A DNA stretch of 64,000 bases, from NCBI RefSeq assembly GCF_009914755.1, contig NC_060941.1, one strand, 5' to 3'. The stretch comes from the human T2T-CHM13v2.0 reference genome, Homo sapiens. Made by a program: the position numbers and the translations under genes. Every line of letters starts with the position of its first letter. Positions within the stretch are counted from its first letter, which is position 1. Below, piece after piece: positions 32,630 to 48,998 of the stretch. A model generated the notes under the pieces. That model searched no databases, was not told the origin of the DNA, and saw only the letters and a program-made list of their open reading frames with translations.

Positions 32630-35600
32630 AAAGCATCTTTTCCAGCCATGGTTTGCAGGGGGAAGGCCTTCTGACCAGGGTTTTGTGGGATAAGTAGACA
32701 TTGGTCTGGTAAAGAAGATAACCGTGCAAAGATCCAGAAGTATGCCTTTGGTGGGTGGAGGGGAATAAAACTCTCTGCAACCAGTTTGGCCTTTCTGGAG
32801 GCAGGGTCCCTCAGGGGAGAGAAGAGAGGTGAGGCTGGAGAGGGAGGCAGTGGCCAAGCCACAGCCAAGTTCTGGACGGGCATGCTGAGGGCACAGGGGA
32901 GCCAACAAAGGGTTCTCAGCAGGGAAATGGCACAATTGGCTTCACATTTCAGTCTTTTGGTAGCAGGGTGGAGGATAGATTAGAGGTGTGAGATTGTAGG
33001 CAAAGAACCAAGCCAGGAACCTTGTGGTATCCAGGAAAACAGTTTTAAGAACGCAAAGATTAGGAGGGCAACGAGGGACTGTACTTGGAGTGTAGGGTAG
33101 ATGAAAGAATCTAGGAGTCTTGTCATTTCTATTCAGTCTCCTGAACCAAAATTCAACTCCTGAAGTCATAAACCATGTTTCATCAATCCTGGTATCCCAA
33201 GTATCTAGCATAATGTCTTGCACAGAAGAGACCCAATTTTGTTAAAGGATGGGTGGATGAATGAATGAGTGAATGAATGAATAATGAATCTTTCTCTAAG
33301 ACATCACTAATGTCTAATCAATGTTGGTTATTATTATTATTATTATTATTATTACCCTAGCTTCCCTGTAGGGAAAGTGGAGGCCCTGAAGAAGTCAGAG
33401 TCACAGAAAACTTTACTCTGCTCAGACTAGAAATTCCCCTCCTTTGCTCAGAGAGGGCCAGCTGGAGTCAGCGGGGAGGAAGAGCTCTGGGCAGGAAACA
33501 GAGTCCTTCCTGGCTGCTGTCCTGGCCTTGGCTTTCTGCCTGTAGGGCTTTCCGGGCCACAGCTGGAACTTTCCCGTTGTGCTGGGGACCTAGACATGGG
33601 AGGCAAGGCAGGGTAGTAGAAGATACCCTGAATTTGTGGTCCAGTTCAGCCACTTAATTGCTTATGGCCTGAACCTCAATTTCCTCTTCTGAAAAATGAA
33701 ATCGACTTCATAAAATTGCTGTAAGGATCTAAAGAGGCAAGGCTATTGAAGATGCTTATTACAGATACATTTAACTAGTATGAGTTTGTGTGTGACAGCA
33801 GTATAGCAAAAATGCCCCAGATTTGGAGACTTGATTCTATTATCTTCCATCTATGTGGCCCTGGTCAAAGTGTTTAACTTCTCTGAACCTTATTTCTCAA
33901 TTCTCAAAAGGGAAAATAAAGTGCCTGTTACGGCAGGCTGTTGTAAAGACCAGAAATCAGAGATTATAGACAAATAAGCTTGATCAACTGTAAAATGCAG
34001 CTTATCTCTAAATCATTATAATTGTAGTTATAATAATCATAATAGAAAAGGCAACTTGATGATTGTTTTTCTTTGGAAGCAGATTATTTGGTCGGCTTAG
34101 AGAGTTTTGTGAGCAGAGACAGGTGTCCTGGGAGCTTTGAGACTGGCATGTGAATGGCCATCAGTTAACACGTTCATGCTTCAGTTTCCCTTATCAATGC
34201 TTCAGGTGGCTGAAATCATGTCTTTTAAGAGCTCTGCACATCCTGTGACCAGCATGTGACCCAGAAGTATGTGACCAGACAATTTCTTTAAGGGTAAAGT
34301 GTATAAAATAAGAGTGACTGCCAGAGATTTATCCAGCATCTATGCTTGGGGATTTTGCAAATCATTTAGCAAGGACCCCTGATGCTCCAAGCAGCTTGTG
34401 GCAGAGGAAAGGCTTCTTCTCAGAAAAGGAATTAGACACCAAGTTCCAGCCCAATCCCTGGTCACTAATTTGTTTTGTGACCTTGGGCAAGTCACTGCTT
34501 TCTCTGTGTTTTAGGATCATCAATTTGCAAAACGAGGTTTGGATGCCAATGCCATGCAATGTTCATATCAGCCAACCCTCCCCAAGATGGCTGCACCCTC
34601 TGTTGGCAGGGTGGTATCTTAACTTATAGGATGTTAGTTACCCTGAGTTCTAGTCAGCTTGGAGAAAAGGCCACAAACAAAGGGTGAGGGGTCTGGAGTC
34701 ATAGTAACCTCTGGATTTTCCCGAGAGTCTAGCTAAGGACCCAGCATCCAGCAAGATAGGAGACCAGTTTGTTTTGCAGAAAATGGAAGGAGAGGGACAA
34801 AGGCTTTTCCAGCTTTCTTTTTCCTAGAAGTCCTAGAAACTAATATCACCCTGGAAAAAATCTCTGTCATCCCTCAAAATGGGATATCTGATGTAATCGA
34901 AACTGCCAGCTTGGCTGATGACAAATTCCAAGGGGATGAAAATGAAATGAGAGAAAGACAAATGGGGAACTAGAAAAAAAAATAACTGTCAGAGAAAATA
35001 AGCAGCGGAAGCTGATGACCAAAAAGGGGAACCAAAGTCTTAATGTTTGGCCTGGAGTAGTGAAGACAGAAGAATTACATTACAAAACACATTCGAGAAA
35101 TGGAAATGAGGAGGATGCGGTTTAGGCCAAGATGTGAGGGCAGACCCTATTGTGGGCCACACCAGGATTCCAGTCTGGGTGTCTAGACCCAACTTCTCAC
35201 CAAGATGCCTGGCAAAGCAGTAGTTAAGAGTCCAAACCATGCTGGGCACAGACACAGAAGACCTGTTTCCCAGTCCTTGCCCTGTCATATTCTCGCACTA
35301 CCACTTTGGGCAGGTCATTTGACCTCTCTGTGTAATGGCACGATAGTCTCTGTCTTGCTGTCTTACAAGGTTGTCGTGGGTATGCAGTGAAGTGACACTA
35401 AACACTGTGCCCTGAACACAATGCCTCATGTTCCATTCAATGGGAGAATTCCAAGAACTGAGATATTTCCTTCCTTTGCAGCTGTCTAGGAAGTGAAAAA
35501 GTAACGGAAATTATAAAGAAATTCAGAGATTTTTATTTCTCCTCTGCATATGAGGGCCTGAGACAGCCAGCCACTCAGCCACTGTCATACAGTGTTTCAG

Positions 35601-35779
35601 GCAAAGTGAGTCTGTGCCCAGTGTGGTTCAAACCCAGTCAAACCACAGTAGCCATTTTCAGATTTTAACCTTTTTCTTTAGCTAATATCTAACTATCCCC
35701 AACCTCTCAACTTATTCATTCAGCAAAAATGTGCCTGATATAGAGCTCATGACCAGCACAGACTAGGCACTTAATTACT

Positions 35780-39010
<3,231 letters not shown>

Positions 39011-40532
39011 TTGAAGAGGGACCCAGAGGAAACTAGAGAACTTACATTCCCTAAATATTTCCTTCCCTTAACCTTCTGCTCCTTACCAAGCCTTCCATTT
39101 ACAGCATGGGTGCAGGTGACCTTGAAAGGGGAGCCTTAGAATGAAAGGAAAAGAAAATAAGCAGGAGAAGAAAAGGCACGGATTTCAAGGAAAAAAACAC
39201 TTGGATGGTAGATCATACAGAAGATTGGGCTTGGAGTGAGAACACGTGAATTTAAATCCCAACCCCTCCAGTCCCCAGCTCCCTTGTCCTTGGGCAAGTC
39301 AACCTCGAAGGCTTCATTTCTCTGTCTATAAAACAAGGAAATGACACCAGTGTCACCTACATAGCAATGGCTTTGTGGGAATCCCATGATTTAATGAATC
39401 ATAGAGGACACATAAGGGGTTGTGGTTTTTGGCATCTCATGACCCACAATTTTAAAATCTTTCCTTGTTAACTGCACAGGTGTTCTAGAAGATATTCAGT
39501 AAGTATTTAAAATTAATGTTTATTGTCATGAAATCAGAATTGCATAATGACAAGGCTAATGCCATAATTTTGGAATGTAAATACATCCTAACTGCATTGG
39601 GAGCAGAACATGGGACAAATGTGGGCTAAGGACATGCTAGAGCAGCGAACTAGCCATAATAAATAAATATTTGTGTGTCACTTGCATAGTCCTTTTTGTC
39701 ACCTCGGGGTACAAATAGTTCACATCTCTCTCATTATGTTCATTTAATTCCCAGGCCTCCAGGTTGTCCATATTAGGAGGAAGTCTAGTAATTCATGGTT
39801 AAGCCCCCTCCCAACATCCTTACAGTGTCCCCAGAACCTTGAGGACCTATTCAGTCAAGCTGAGAAAGCTTTGCTGCTAAGTTTCAAGCAAAGTGGAAGC
39901 TGGGTAACCTGACCCTCTTACCAGTGGCCAGGACTCCTGACTGCCATTGCTTCTGTCACTGTCCCCAGGGTACCTATGGATCCCTGGCCTCACACCACCT
40001 AAAGATTTTCCTGTTCCTTGCTCTCATGGTACCTCCTCCAGCCTTGGCCACAGTGTCATCCTTGGGCCCCCTAGGTTTCAGCCTCTTGAGTTTGCACTTG
40101 CAGGTTTGGCTGTTGCTCTCAAAGCAGGACTATTGCATCAACATGGCAGGTGCAGAGGTCTTCCCGCCTCAATCGTCACCCACTGATTTCTCTGCCATGG
40201 CCTTGAACTCAGGCGACCAATCCAGTTGGAACCTCCCCACACTCTCCGTGGCTAATAATTTTGGACTCAGAAGAAAAAGCCTCAATTTCTCTCCTCTCAG
40301 GAGGTCTCTTGGTCCTTGAGCAAATGTATCCATTTCTTCTCCTATCTCCAGTCTTTGGGCCCCCAAAGGTTTTTTTCTCCCTTTCTCCAGGACAATGAGT
40401 GCCTATTTACAAGTGCCTGTTTCTACTTGAATAAGGTTTCTATAAACTAAGAAGTGTTCCTTAGGGACACTAGTAACTGGCACTCCTGTTGGAAAATGCT
40501 AAGATCTAGGTCACGCGCACTTCCCCCAACAG

Positions 40533-40543
40533 ACACATACACA

Positions 40544-40587
<44 letters not shown>
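40533..40587. repeat. (CA)n microsatellite
   Basis: Interrupted CA run about 7 kb upstream of CCL2. Confidence 0.93.
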
Positions 40588-42395
40588 GCTTGTCTGCACT
40601 CTAGCACTGGCACTGACGCTAACGCTATAATCCTGGGCAACTTTATTTCCCCATCTTACATTAAGCAGTGGTGCAGGGATTTTCAACTCTGGGATCTCTA
40701 TCACACCTCCCAGCTCTGATTGCTTCCTAATTTACATATTTATTGAGCATCTGATGCTAGGTCCTCATGCTGGTGATGCAGGAGTAAACTAGACAGACAA
40801 AAGTCCGTGCCCCACATTGTCTGACACCTACACACCTGCTGTTCGGACTCCATTACAAACAGCTCCAAGGGGAACAGTGCACTTGTAAAGTTTCTCTCAT
40901 TACCATGGCCACATCCGTGAGCAATAAATAAGTTGCATAGTTGAATTATTTGATAATGCTTTGTTTTTAACTCCCTGCACTTAAGTCAGAGATGTGTGTG
41001 CTTTGGAAAACTATTTCTCCTGACTCATTAGACAAATACTATTTGCATTTTTATTCAGCTTCCTTCCTCAGACTCTAATTTACAGTAAAGGCAAGAGGAT
41101 TTTTGAATGGAGCCAGTGCTTTGCAATGTGGGGCTCCACCAGCTAGCCGACTGAAATCATTAATAAAGAAGCCTTTTTAAGTGGCTGAAGTTTCCCCTTT
41201 TTGGCATGCAACATTTTGCAACCAAGTGGAAGAAACATCATCCGCAAAGAAGAATCCATGTGGCCCCTGAAAATCACTCTCTCTGCTACAGGCTCCCCAC
41301 TCCCCAGTGCTCCCCTTAGCCCTGCCACTATCTCTCCTCCAGATGGAAAAAGTGAGGAACTCAGGGAACCAAAAGTCTTGCTTCTTTACTAATTTCCCTG
41401 TCTGACATTAAATCATCCTACAGTTCAGATATCTGGGGGAAGTGACTAGAGATTCTTGAACTGTTAATAATTAATTTAAATGATATTTGTTAAGAACCTA
41501 CGACATGGAAGATACTGTACCAGGTGCTGGGGTCCAGCATGGGCAAAGGCCTCAAGGTGGAATGGAGCTATGGTGTGTTCTGGAAGCAGAGAGTGGGGCT
41601 GAGGGTGACATGAGGTGAGGAGACAGGAGAGGGCCTGGCAGGGTGGGACCTTCTGGTGAGAGCTGGCTGCTGTGTGAGGAGCTGAGGCCCTGGCTTGATT
41701 CTGGGGTTACTTCTTTGACCTTCAGCTTTTTGTCATGGGCAGACAGAATGGGGATGAAAAAAAGCTTAGGAAATGGAAACCTCCCTATGCATTATATAAT
41801 AAAAATGGCCAACACATTTTCATAGCAAGATATCACAGCAGAAGCTTGTACTGGGCATCAGGACTGTAGGCATCCAATGCCCAGAAACTGGCATGTGCCC
41901 TGGGACATCCCCTGAGAAGGCATGCCACGAGCCCTCAGACTGACACAGCTCTTTACAAGTTGCTTACAGAGCACTCTTGGTTTATTAATTCATACAAGTC
42001 TCATGACAATGTCAGAAGCAGCTGTCTTACTAATCCCCTTTGACAGAAGAGGCCCAGAGAGGTCAAGGGACTTGCTCAAGGCCACACAGCTAGAAAGAGG
42101 CAGAGCCAGGCCTTTGGCCCTGGTGTTCTGACACCACCTGGGGCTCCTTCTGTTATTCCATGCTACCTCTTCTTTCTCTTCCGTATTCCCTTCTCGTTCC
42201 CTTCCTTCTTGTGTCTTGCTTCTTATCTGCCTGTACTTATTCCTGTTGGTGCCTCCCAGCTCAGCCAGCATAGCTCTGTCTTCAAATACCCCATGCTTCA
42301 TTCTGGGGTCCCATACACAGTCTGACAATCATCTGAGGGGGCTGTGGGAGGACATAGAAAAAATACAGCTTTACATAGAAAAAAATGCAAATTGT

Positions 42396-42764
<369 letters not shown>

Positions 42765-44922
42765 TTAACTACTTGGAGGTCATGGATGCCTTTGCTAATC
42801 TAATAGAAGCTACTGACCCTCTCTCCAGAAAAATGCACAAAAACATAAATGTGGAAGACAACTCCTGATGGATCTGGGAGCCTATCCAAGGGCCACAGAC
42901 AAGAGTCCTGGTCTGGACAAAATGAGCTGCTCAGTATTTTCCCACCTGGCCAGCATTTCCTATCCAAAGACAAATGTTAAAGTTGTTCTAGCAGAGCCAT
43001 GCACCAGCAGCAGTATCATCACCTGGGAACCGGTTAGCAATGCAGAACCGCAGGCCCACCCCAAACCTACAGTCAGAATCTCTACTTTAGCAAGATCCTA
43101 AGGAGATGGGTAAGCACATTACAATTTGCAACCTTTGTAAGTTTGCCCAAAATGTGACCCCTCCTTCACCCACCGATCGCCAAGGTTCAAAAATCTGCCC
43201 AACCCTTGAGCCCATCTTAAATGTACCATCACGAGCCTTCCCTGGGCCCCTCAGCTGGGACTCTCACCGCTCTGTATCTTTCTGGTTAATGCAATTATTC
43301 TGTTCCCTTAGATGACCCCAGCACAGGTGCTAAAGGAGTCAACAAAAGGCTATTGTCAAAAAAGTGTTTCTGTCTCCACTCCATCTGATCTCTGTTTCCC
43401 TAAGACCTGCCCATCCCCCTCTCCCAGTTCGGCACCTTGACCCCCTCATCACACTGCTCAGGCCACCTTGTACAATGCAAGCCCCAAATGAGGAAAGCAT
43501 TTTCTCCCCCAATGTGTAACACGAAAGTGCTGTAGAGTGGCTCACGCTGCCTTTAGCCTAAGAATTTATTTAACTCTTACCCCCAACCCACATCAGTCTC
43601 CTCCCTCTAGGGCTCAGGTGCTAATCTGTGAGGGCTGGCTCAGAAGACAATCTAAAGAACAAGCCTCTTGCTTCCTCAGGCATCACTACTCCTCACCACC
43701 ATCACCCCCACCCACCAACTCAGGCCACTACTCTTTCTGTTCTCATATGCTATGCCCATCGCCACCCCTATTCCCATGCTCAGGAGTATTCTTGGCTACT
43801 GCATGCAATTAGACCTGGGGCAGATCCAATCCAGAAAGCAAGAAATCTTAGATGCTGGAAGCTTGGGGTAAGTACTGATCAGATTTATTCCTAAATTCAG
43901 TCCTACTTTCCATGGATTCTTACTTTAGCATCTCTTCTGAAAAGGAAGCATCATGTCTAATTCACTTCTCCCTCCCTGTGCAGTCCTCTACCTGGTGCTC
44001 TGCACAGGGTATGTGCTAATTGTATGAATGTTATAATAAAGAGATAGTGCAGTAGATGACAAAGGGCACTACATTGAGAGCCCAGAAATAAGCAAACCAG
44101 CACAAATGTAGCCATTCGTCTTCTATCTCACCTTGAGCCTGTCACTAACCTGTTCATGGCCTCAGTCTCCCCATCAGAGAAACAGGTAGATGGTCTCTAA
44201 GGTCTCGTTCATTTTCTGACATTCTGTGAAAAATTAAGGAAAGATTTTCATCCTTGACAGGAAAGGGATTGCAGAGTAGCGGCCCTGGGAAAATGGGCTC
44301 TATTCTACCTGGAGCTAGCCTGGAGGAGAGGCCTTGAGTGGGGGTTGTCTAGAAAGGACATGGTGAGTGCAGAGCTACGGTGCATCTCTCTTGAAGGCTG
44401 AGTGAAGGGAGCACCAGCAAGGGAGCCTGCACTAGGTGGGGAGGGACAAGTGAACCGCAGAAGTTGGTGGGAGCCCAGGCAGTGGCTTCAGATCTTTCCA
44501 GAGAGCTCACTTTTACTTCCTCTTTTTTTCACCCCTGACACTGAGTGGGAGTCTGCAGCGATGACCAAGGTTCATGCAGAGGATCTTAGTGGTGGGGTCA
44601 GACCCCGGGAGGAATGAAGAAAGCATTATTCACCAAGAGGAGCTTTTCCATTCTTTATCTATGAGTTGATAGAGAGGAGGCCCCGGGGTAACTGAGGATT
44701 CTGGACAGCATCAGAGCATTGACCCTCATTTTCCCCATAGCCCCTCTGGGGGCCTTTCCCTTGTGTGTCCCCAAGCGAGAGTCCAACCCAGGTTTGTGCC
44801 AGAGCCTAACCCAGGCTTGTGCCGAGATGTTCCCAGCACAGCCCCATGTGAGAGCTCCCTGGCTCCGGGCCCAGTATCTGGAATGCAGGCTCCAGCCAAA
44901 TGCATTCTCTTCTACGGGATCT

Positions 44923-44961
44923 GGGAACTTCCAAAGCTGCCTCCTCAGAGTGGGAATTTCC
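44923..44961 (+). promoter_or_regulatory. CCL2: CCL2 distal enhancer, twin NF-kB sites (A1/A2)
   Basis: GGGAACTTCC 44923-44932 and GGGAATTTCC 44952-44961, about 2.6 kb upstream of the TSS. This is the established position of the cytokine-inducible MCP-1 enhancer. Confidence 0.93.
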
Positions 44962-47399
44962 ACTCACTTCTCTCACGCCAGCACTGACCTCCCAGCGGGG
45001 GAGGGCATCTTTTCTTGACAGAGCAGAAGTGGGAGGCAGACAGCTATCACTTTCCAGAAGACTTTCTTTTCTGATTCATACCCTTCACCTTCCCTGTGTT
45101 TACTGTCTGATATATGCAAAGGCCAAGTCACTTTCCAGAGATGACAACTCCTTCCTGAAGTAGAGACATGCTTCCAACACTCAGAAGCCTATGTGAACAC
45201 TCAGCCAGCAAAGCTGGGAAGTTTTTCTCTGTGACCATGGGCTAATTGGTCTCCTTCTCTGGATTGTGGCTTTATCAGATAAAAACAAGTGGTCATGCCA
45301 CAGGATGTCTATAAGCCCATTGATTCTGGGATTCTATGAGTGATGCTGATATGACTAAGCCAGGAGAGACTTATTTAAAGATCTCAGCATCTTTCAGCTT
45401 GTTAACCTAGAGAAAACCCGAAGCATGACTGGATTATAAAGGGAAATTGAATGCGGTCCACCAAGTTCATGGTAAAGGATGCACTAACAGATTAGAGAGA
45501 GGTTTCCCCTGATATGAGGAAAACTTCTTGGAAGATGAGGTGAGATGGCCTAGGAAGAAATTCCTACACAAAGTTGCACAGTCTCTAGTCCTGGAAACAT
45601 TTTATTCATTGGATAAGAATGGATTGAGGCATGAGCAGAGGACTGAGACAAACACAGAGAAGTTTCAACACTGGTTGGGGAGAAAAGGAGTAACTAGTGA
45701 GATTCAGGCAGAACAAGAATAAGGCTCCTCAAGAGGCACAAGCAAAGCAGGGCTCGAGTTGATTTGTTCTCTCTTCATCCTGCTTTTTGTAATTCCACCA
45801 GAGTCTGAAATGGCCACTCCATAGAGTCTCTGCTCTGGGATTCTCCAGGAAACCAATATCCATCATGAGACATCAAGTCTAGTCCCAGGAAGAAGAGATT
45901 CTGGAATGGAAACATCCTGGGTGGGAGTCTCAGCACATCTACTATTCTGTCTGAGTTACTGGACAAATAACTTCAGTTTTAACCTAACGAAAGCTGGGTT
46001 GGTTGGAGGACTGGGCAGGCAGCGCTGGAAAGTATGTCAGCACCATACCTGACTCCCTGAATGCACTCAACAATGCCATTACTGACCACTTACTAGAAAT
46101 AAAACAGTCATTTGTTGAATACAACCCGTTTCTTTTTACAAGTGTAGTGAAAAGTGTTTTCTTTCAAGAAACCCCATGCATTTATAGACATTGCCTCAGT
46201 GACCCTTTATGAAAGAAGTCACTAGTCTTTGTATGCCCATTGGGCAAGGGCACCGCAAGGCTCAGAAGGAGGAGGCAGTGGGCTAGGAGAATCGAGAGAT
46301 CAGAATTTTAAACTCAGCCCAGCCATTAACATGCCTCAAGTACTCCTATCATATTTGTAAGAGACAACAGTTCACTGAAATGAATTCTAAGGTCTTTGGG
46401 TTTTTATCAGTGTGCTTCTGTAGTTTCTGAGGAAATCTAAGGCACAACTGAGGAATGAAGTCAGGCTTTCCAATTCCCGAAATACTCCTCCACTGCTTAC
46501 TCATGTCCCTTGGAAATTAAGAAGGAAGCCAGGAGAATAGCTGCCATAACCAGGGATGAACTTCTTGTCCACTGCTGCCTGCTATGCTAGCAACAGCCTC
46601 CTAACTCATAATGACTTAGCCATGAGGAATGTTTCTAGATTCTCCTTTAGCTGTCTGCCCATTTGGAAGATGCTGAGGACAGAGAGAGGACCCAAGCACG
46701 CAACTAGTTGGAGGACTTGTACACGTTTCCTTCCAGCAGTATGTCAGAGAGGTGGCAGCCCACTGGGGACAGGGCTGCCTGGGTTCTGTGCTCGAGGGGA
46801 CCTTGAGCAGGCTATTTAACCCTTCTGTGCCTCAGTTGCCTGATCTATAACATGAAAATTAGCAATCCCTACTAGATAAAGTTGGGGAATTTACAGAGTT
46901 AATATTTGTAAAGGTCTGAGAATATTCCTGGCAGAGTAAGCACTCTGTGAGTATGACACTGGCATTTCTTCTGCAGCACTACATGCTGTCTATGCCTTTG
47001 TCCAAGTCTGAAACCCTAGAACTCTTAGAATTCAGTTCAATGTTTACACAATCCTACAGTTCTGCTAGGCTTCTATGATGCTACTATTCTGCATTTGAAT
47101 GAGCAAATGGATTTAATGCATTGTCAGGGAGCCGGCCAAAGCTTGAGAGCTCCTTCCTGGCTGGGAGGCCCCTTGGAATGTGGCCTGAAGGTAAGCTGGC
47201 AGCGAGCCTGACATGCTTTCATCTAGTTTCCTCGCTTCCTTCCTTTTCTGCAGTTTTCGCTTCAGAGAAAGCAGAATCCTTAAAAATAACCCTCTTAGTT
47301 CACATCTGTGGTCAGTCTGGGCTTAATGGCACCCCATCCTCCCCATTTGCTCATTTGGTCTCAGCAGTGAATGGAAAAAGTGTCTCGTCCTGACCCCCT

Positions 47400-47535
47400 G
47401 CTTCCCTTTCCTACTTCCTGGAAATCCACAGGATGCTGCATTTGCTCAGCAGATTTAACAGCCCACTTATCACTCATGGAAGATCCCTCCTCCTGCTTGA
47501 CTCCGCCCTCTCTCCCTCTGCCCGCTTTCAATAAG
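47400..47535 (+). promoter_or_regulatory. CCL2: CCL2 proximal promoter
   Basis: CT-rich element 47400-47414; GAS TTCCTGGAA 47415-47423; AP-1-like TCACTCA 47470-47476; kB-like GGAAGATCCC 47478-47487; AP-1-like TGACTCC 47498-47504 overlapping GC box CCGCCC 47503-47508; atypical TATA AATAAG 47530-47535. Confidence 0.88.
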
Positions 47536-47553
47536 AGGCAGAGACAGCAGCCA

Positions 47554-47626
47554 GAGGAACCGAGAGGCTGAGACTAACCCAGAAACATCCAATTCTCAAA
47601 CTGAAGCTCGCACTCTCGCCTCCAGC
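47554..47626 (+). other. CCL2: CCL2 5' UTR (approximate TSS)
   Basis: Begins about 24 nt downstream of the TATA-like AATAAG and matches my recollection of the mRNA 5' end (GAGGAACCGAGAGG...). The exact TSS cannot be determined from sequence. Confidence 0.75.
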
Positions 47627-47702
47627 ATGAAAGTCTCTGCCGCCCTTCTGTGCCTGCTGCTCATAGCAGCCACCTTCATTCCCCAAGGGCTCGCTCAGCC
47701 AG
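47627..47702 (+). CDS. CCL2: CCL2 (MCP-1) coding exon 1: signal peptide plus first mature residues
   Basis: ATG at 47627 in agcATGa context. Translates [25 protein letters not shown] + 1 nt (76 nt), followed by donor G|gtaagg. Confidence 0.99.
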
Positions 47703-48498
47703 GTAAGGCCCCCTCTTCTTCTCCTTGAACCACATTGTCTTCTCTCTGAGTTATCATGGACCATCCAAGCAGACGTGGTACCCACAGTCTTGCTTTAACG
47801 CTACTTTTCCAAGATAAGGTGACTCAGAAAAGGACAAGGGGTGAGCCCAACCACACAGCTGCTGCTCGGCAGAGCCTGAACTAGAATTCCAGCTGTGAAC
47901 CCCAAATCCAGCTCCTTCCAGGATTCCAGCTCTGGGAACACACTCAGCGCAGTTACTCCCCCAGCTGCTTCCAGCAGAGTTTGGGGATCAGGGTAATCAA
48001 AGAGAGGGTGGGTGTGTAGGCTGTTTCCAGACACGCTGGAGACCCAGAATCTGGTCTGTGCTTCATTCACCTTAGCTTCCAGAGACGGTGACTCTGCAGA
48101 GGTAATGAGTATCAGGGAAACTCATGACCAGGCATAGCCTATTCAGAGTCTAAAAGGAGGCTCATAGTGGGGCTCCCCAGCTGATCTTCCCTGGTGCTGA
48201 TCATCTGGATTATTGGTCCGTCTTAATGACACTTGTAGGCATTATCTAGCTTTAACAGCTCCTCCTTCTCTCTGTCCATTATCAATGTTATATACCCATT
48301 TTACAGCATAGGAAACTGAGTCATTGGGTCAAAGATCACATTCTAGCTCTGAGGTATAGGCAGAAGCACTGGGATTTAATGAGCTCTTTCTCTTCTCCTG
48401 CCTGCCTTTTGCTTTTTCCTCATGACTCTTTTCTGCTCTTAAGATCAGAATAATCCAGTTCATCCTAAAATGCTTTTTCTTTGTGGTTTATTTTCCAG

Positions 48499-48616
48499 AT
48501 GCAATCAATGCCCCAGTCACCTGCTGTTATAACTTCACCAATAGGAAGATCTCAGTGCAGAGGCTCGCGAGCTATAGAAGAATCACCAGCAGCAAGTGTC
48601 CCAAAGAAGCTGTGAT
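48499..48616 (+). CDS. CCL2: CCL2 coding exon 2 (CC motif)
   Basis: Acceptor ttttccag|AT. 118 nt: (D)[38 protein letters not shown](I). Donor AT|gtgagt. N-glycosylation sequon NFT present. Confidence 0.99.
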
Positions 48617-48998
48617 GTGAGTTCAGCACACCAACCTTCCCTGGCCTGAAGTTCTTCCTTGTGGAGCAAGGGACAAGCCTCATAAACCTAGAGTCAGAGA
48701 GTGCACTATTTAACTTAATGTACAAAGGTTCCCAATGGGAAAACTGAGGCACCAAGGGAAAAAGTGAACCCCAACATCACTCTCCACCTGGGTGCCTATT
48801 CAGAACACCCCAATTTCTTTAGCTTGAAGTCAGGATGGCTCCACCTGGACACCTATAGGAGCAGTTTGCCCTGGGTTCCCTCCTTCCACCTGCGTTCCTC
48901 CTCTAGCTCCCATGGCAGCCCTTTGGTGCAGAATGGGCTGCACTTCTAGACCAAAACTGCAAAGGAACTTCATCTAACTCTGTCCTCCCTCCCCACAG

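Noticed and set aside
47528-48070. Minus-strand ORFs similar to those at 62555-63078
   Set aside because: Similarity reflects CCL2/CCL7 DNA paralogy. The frames are not preserved between the two loci.
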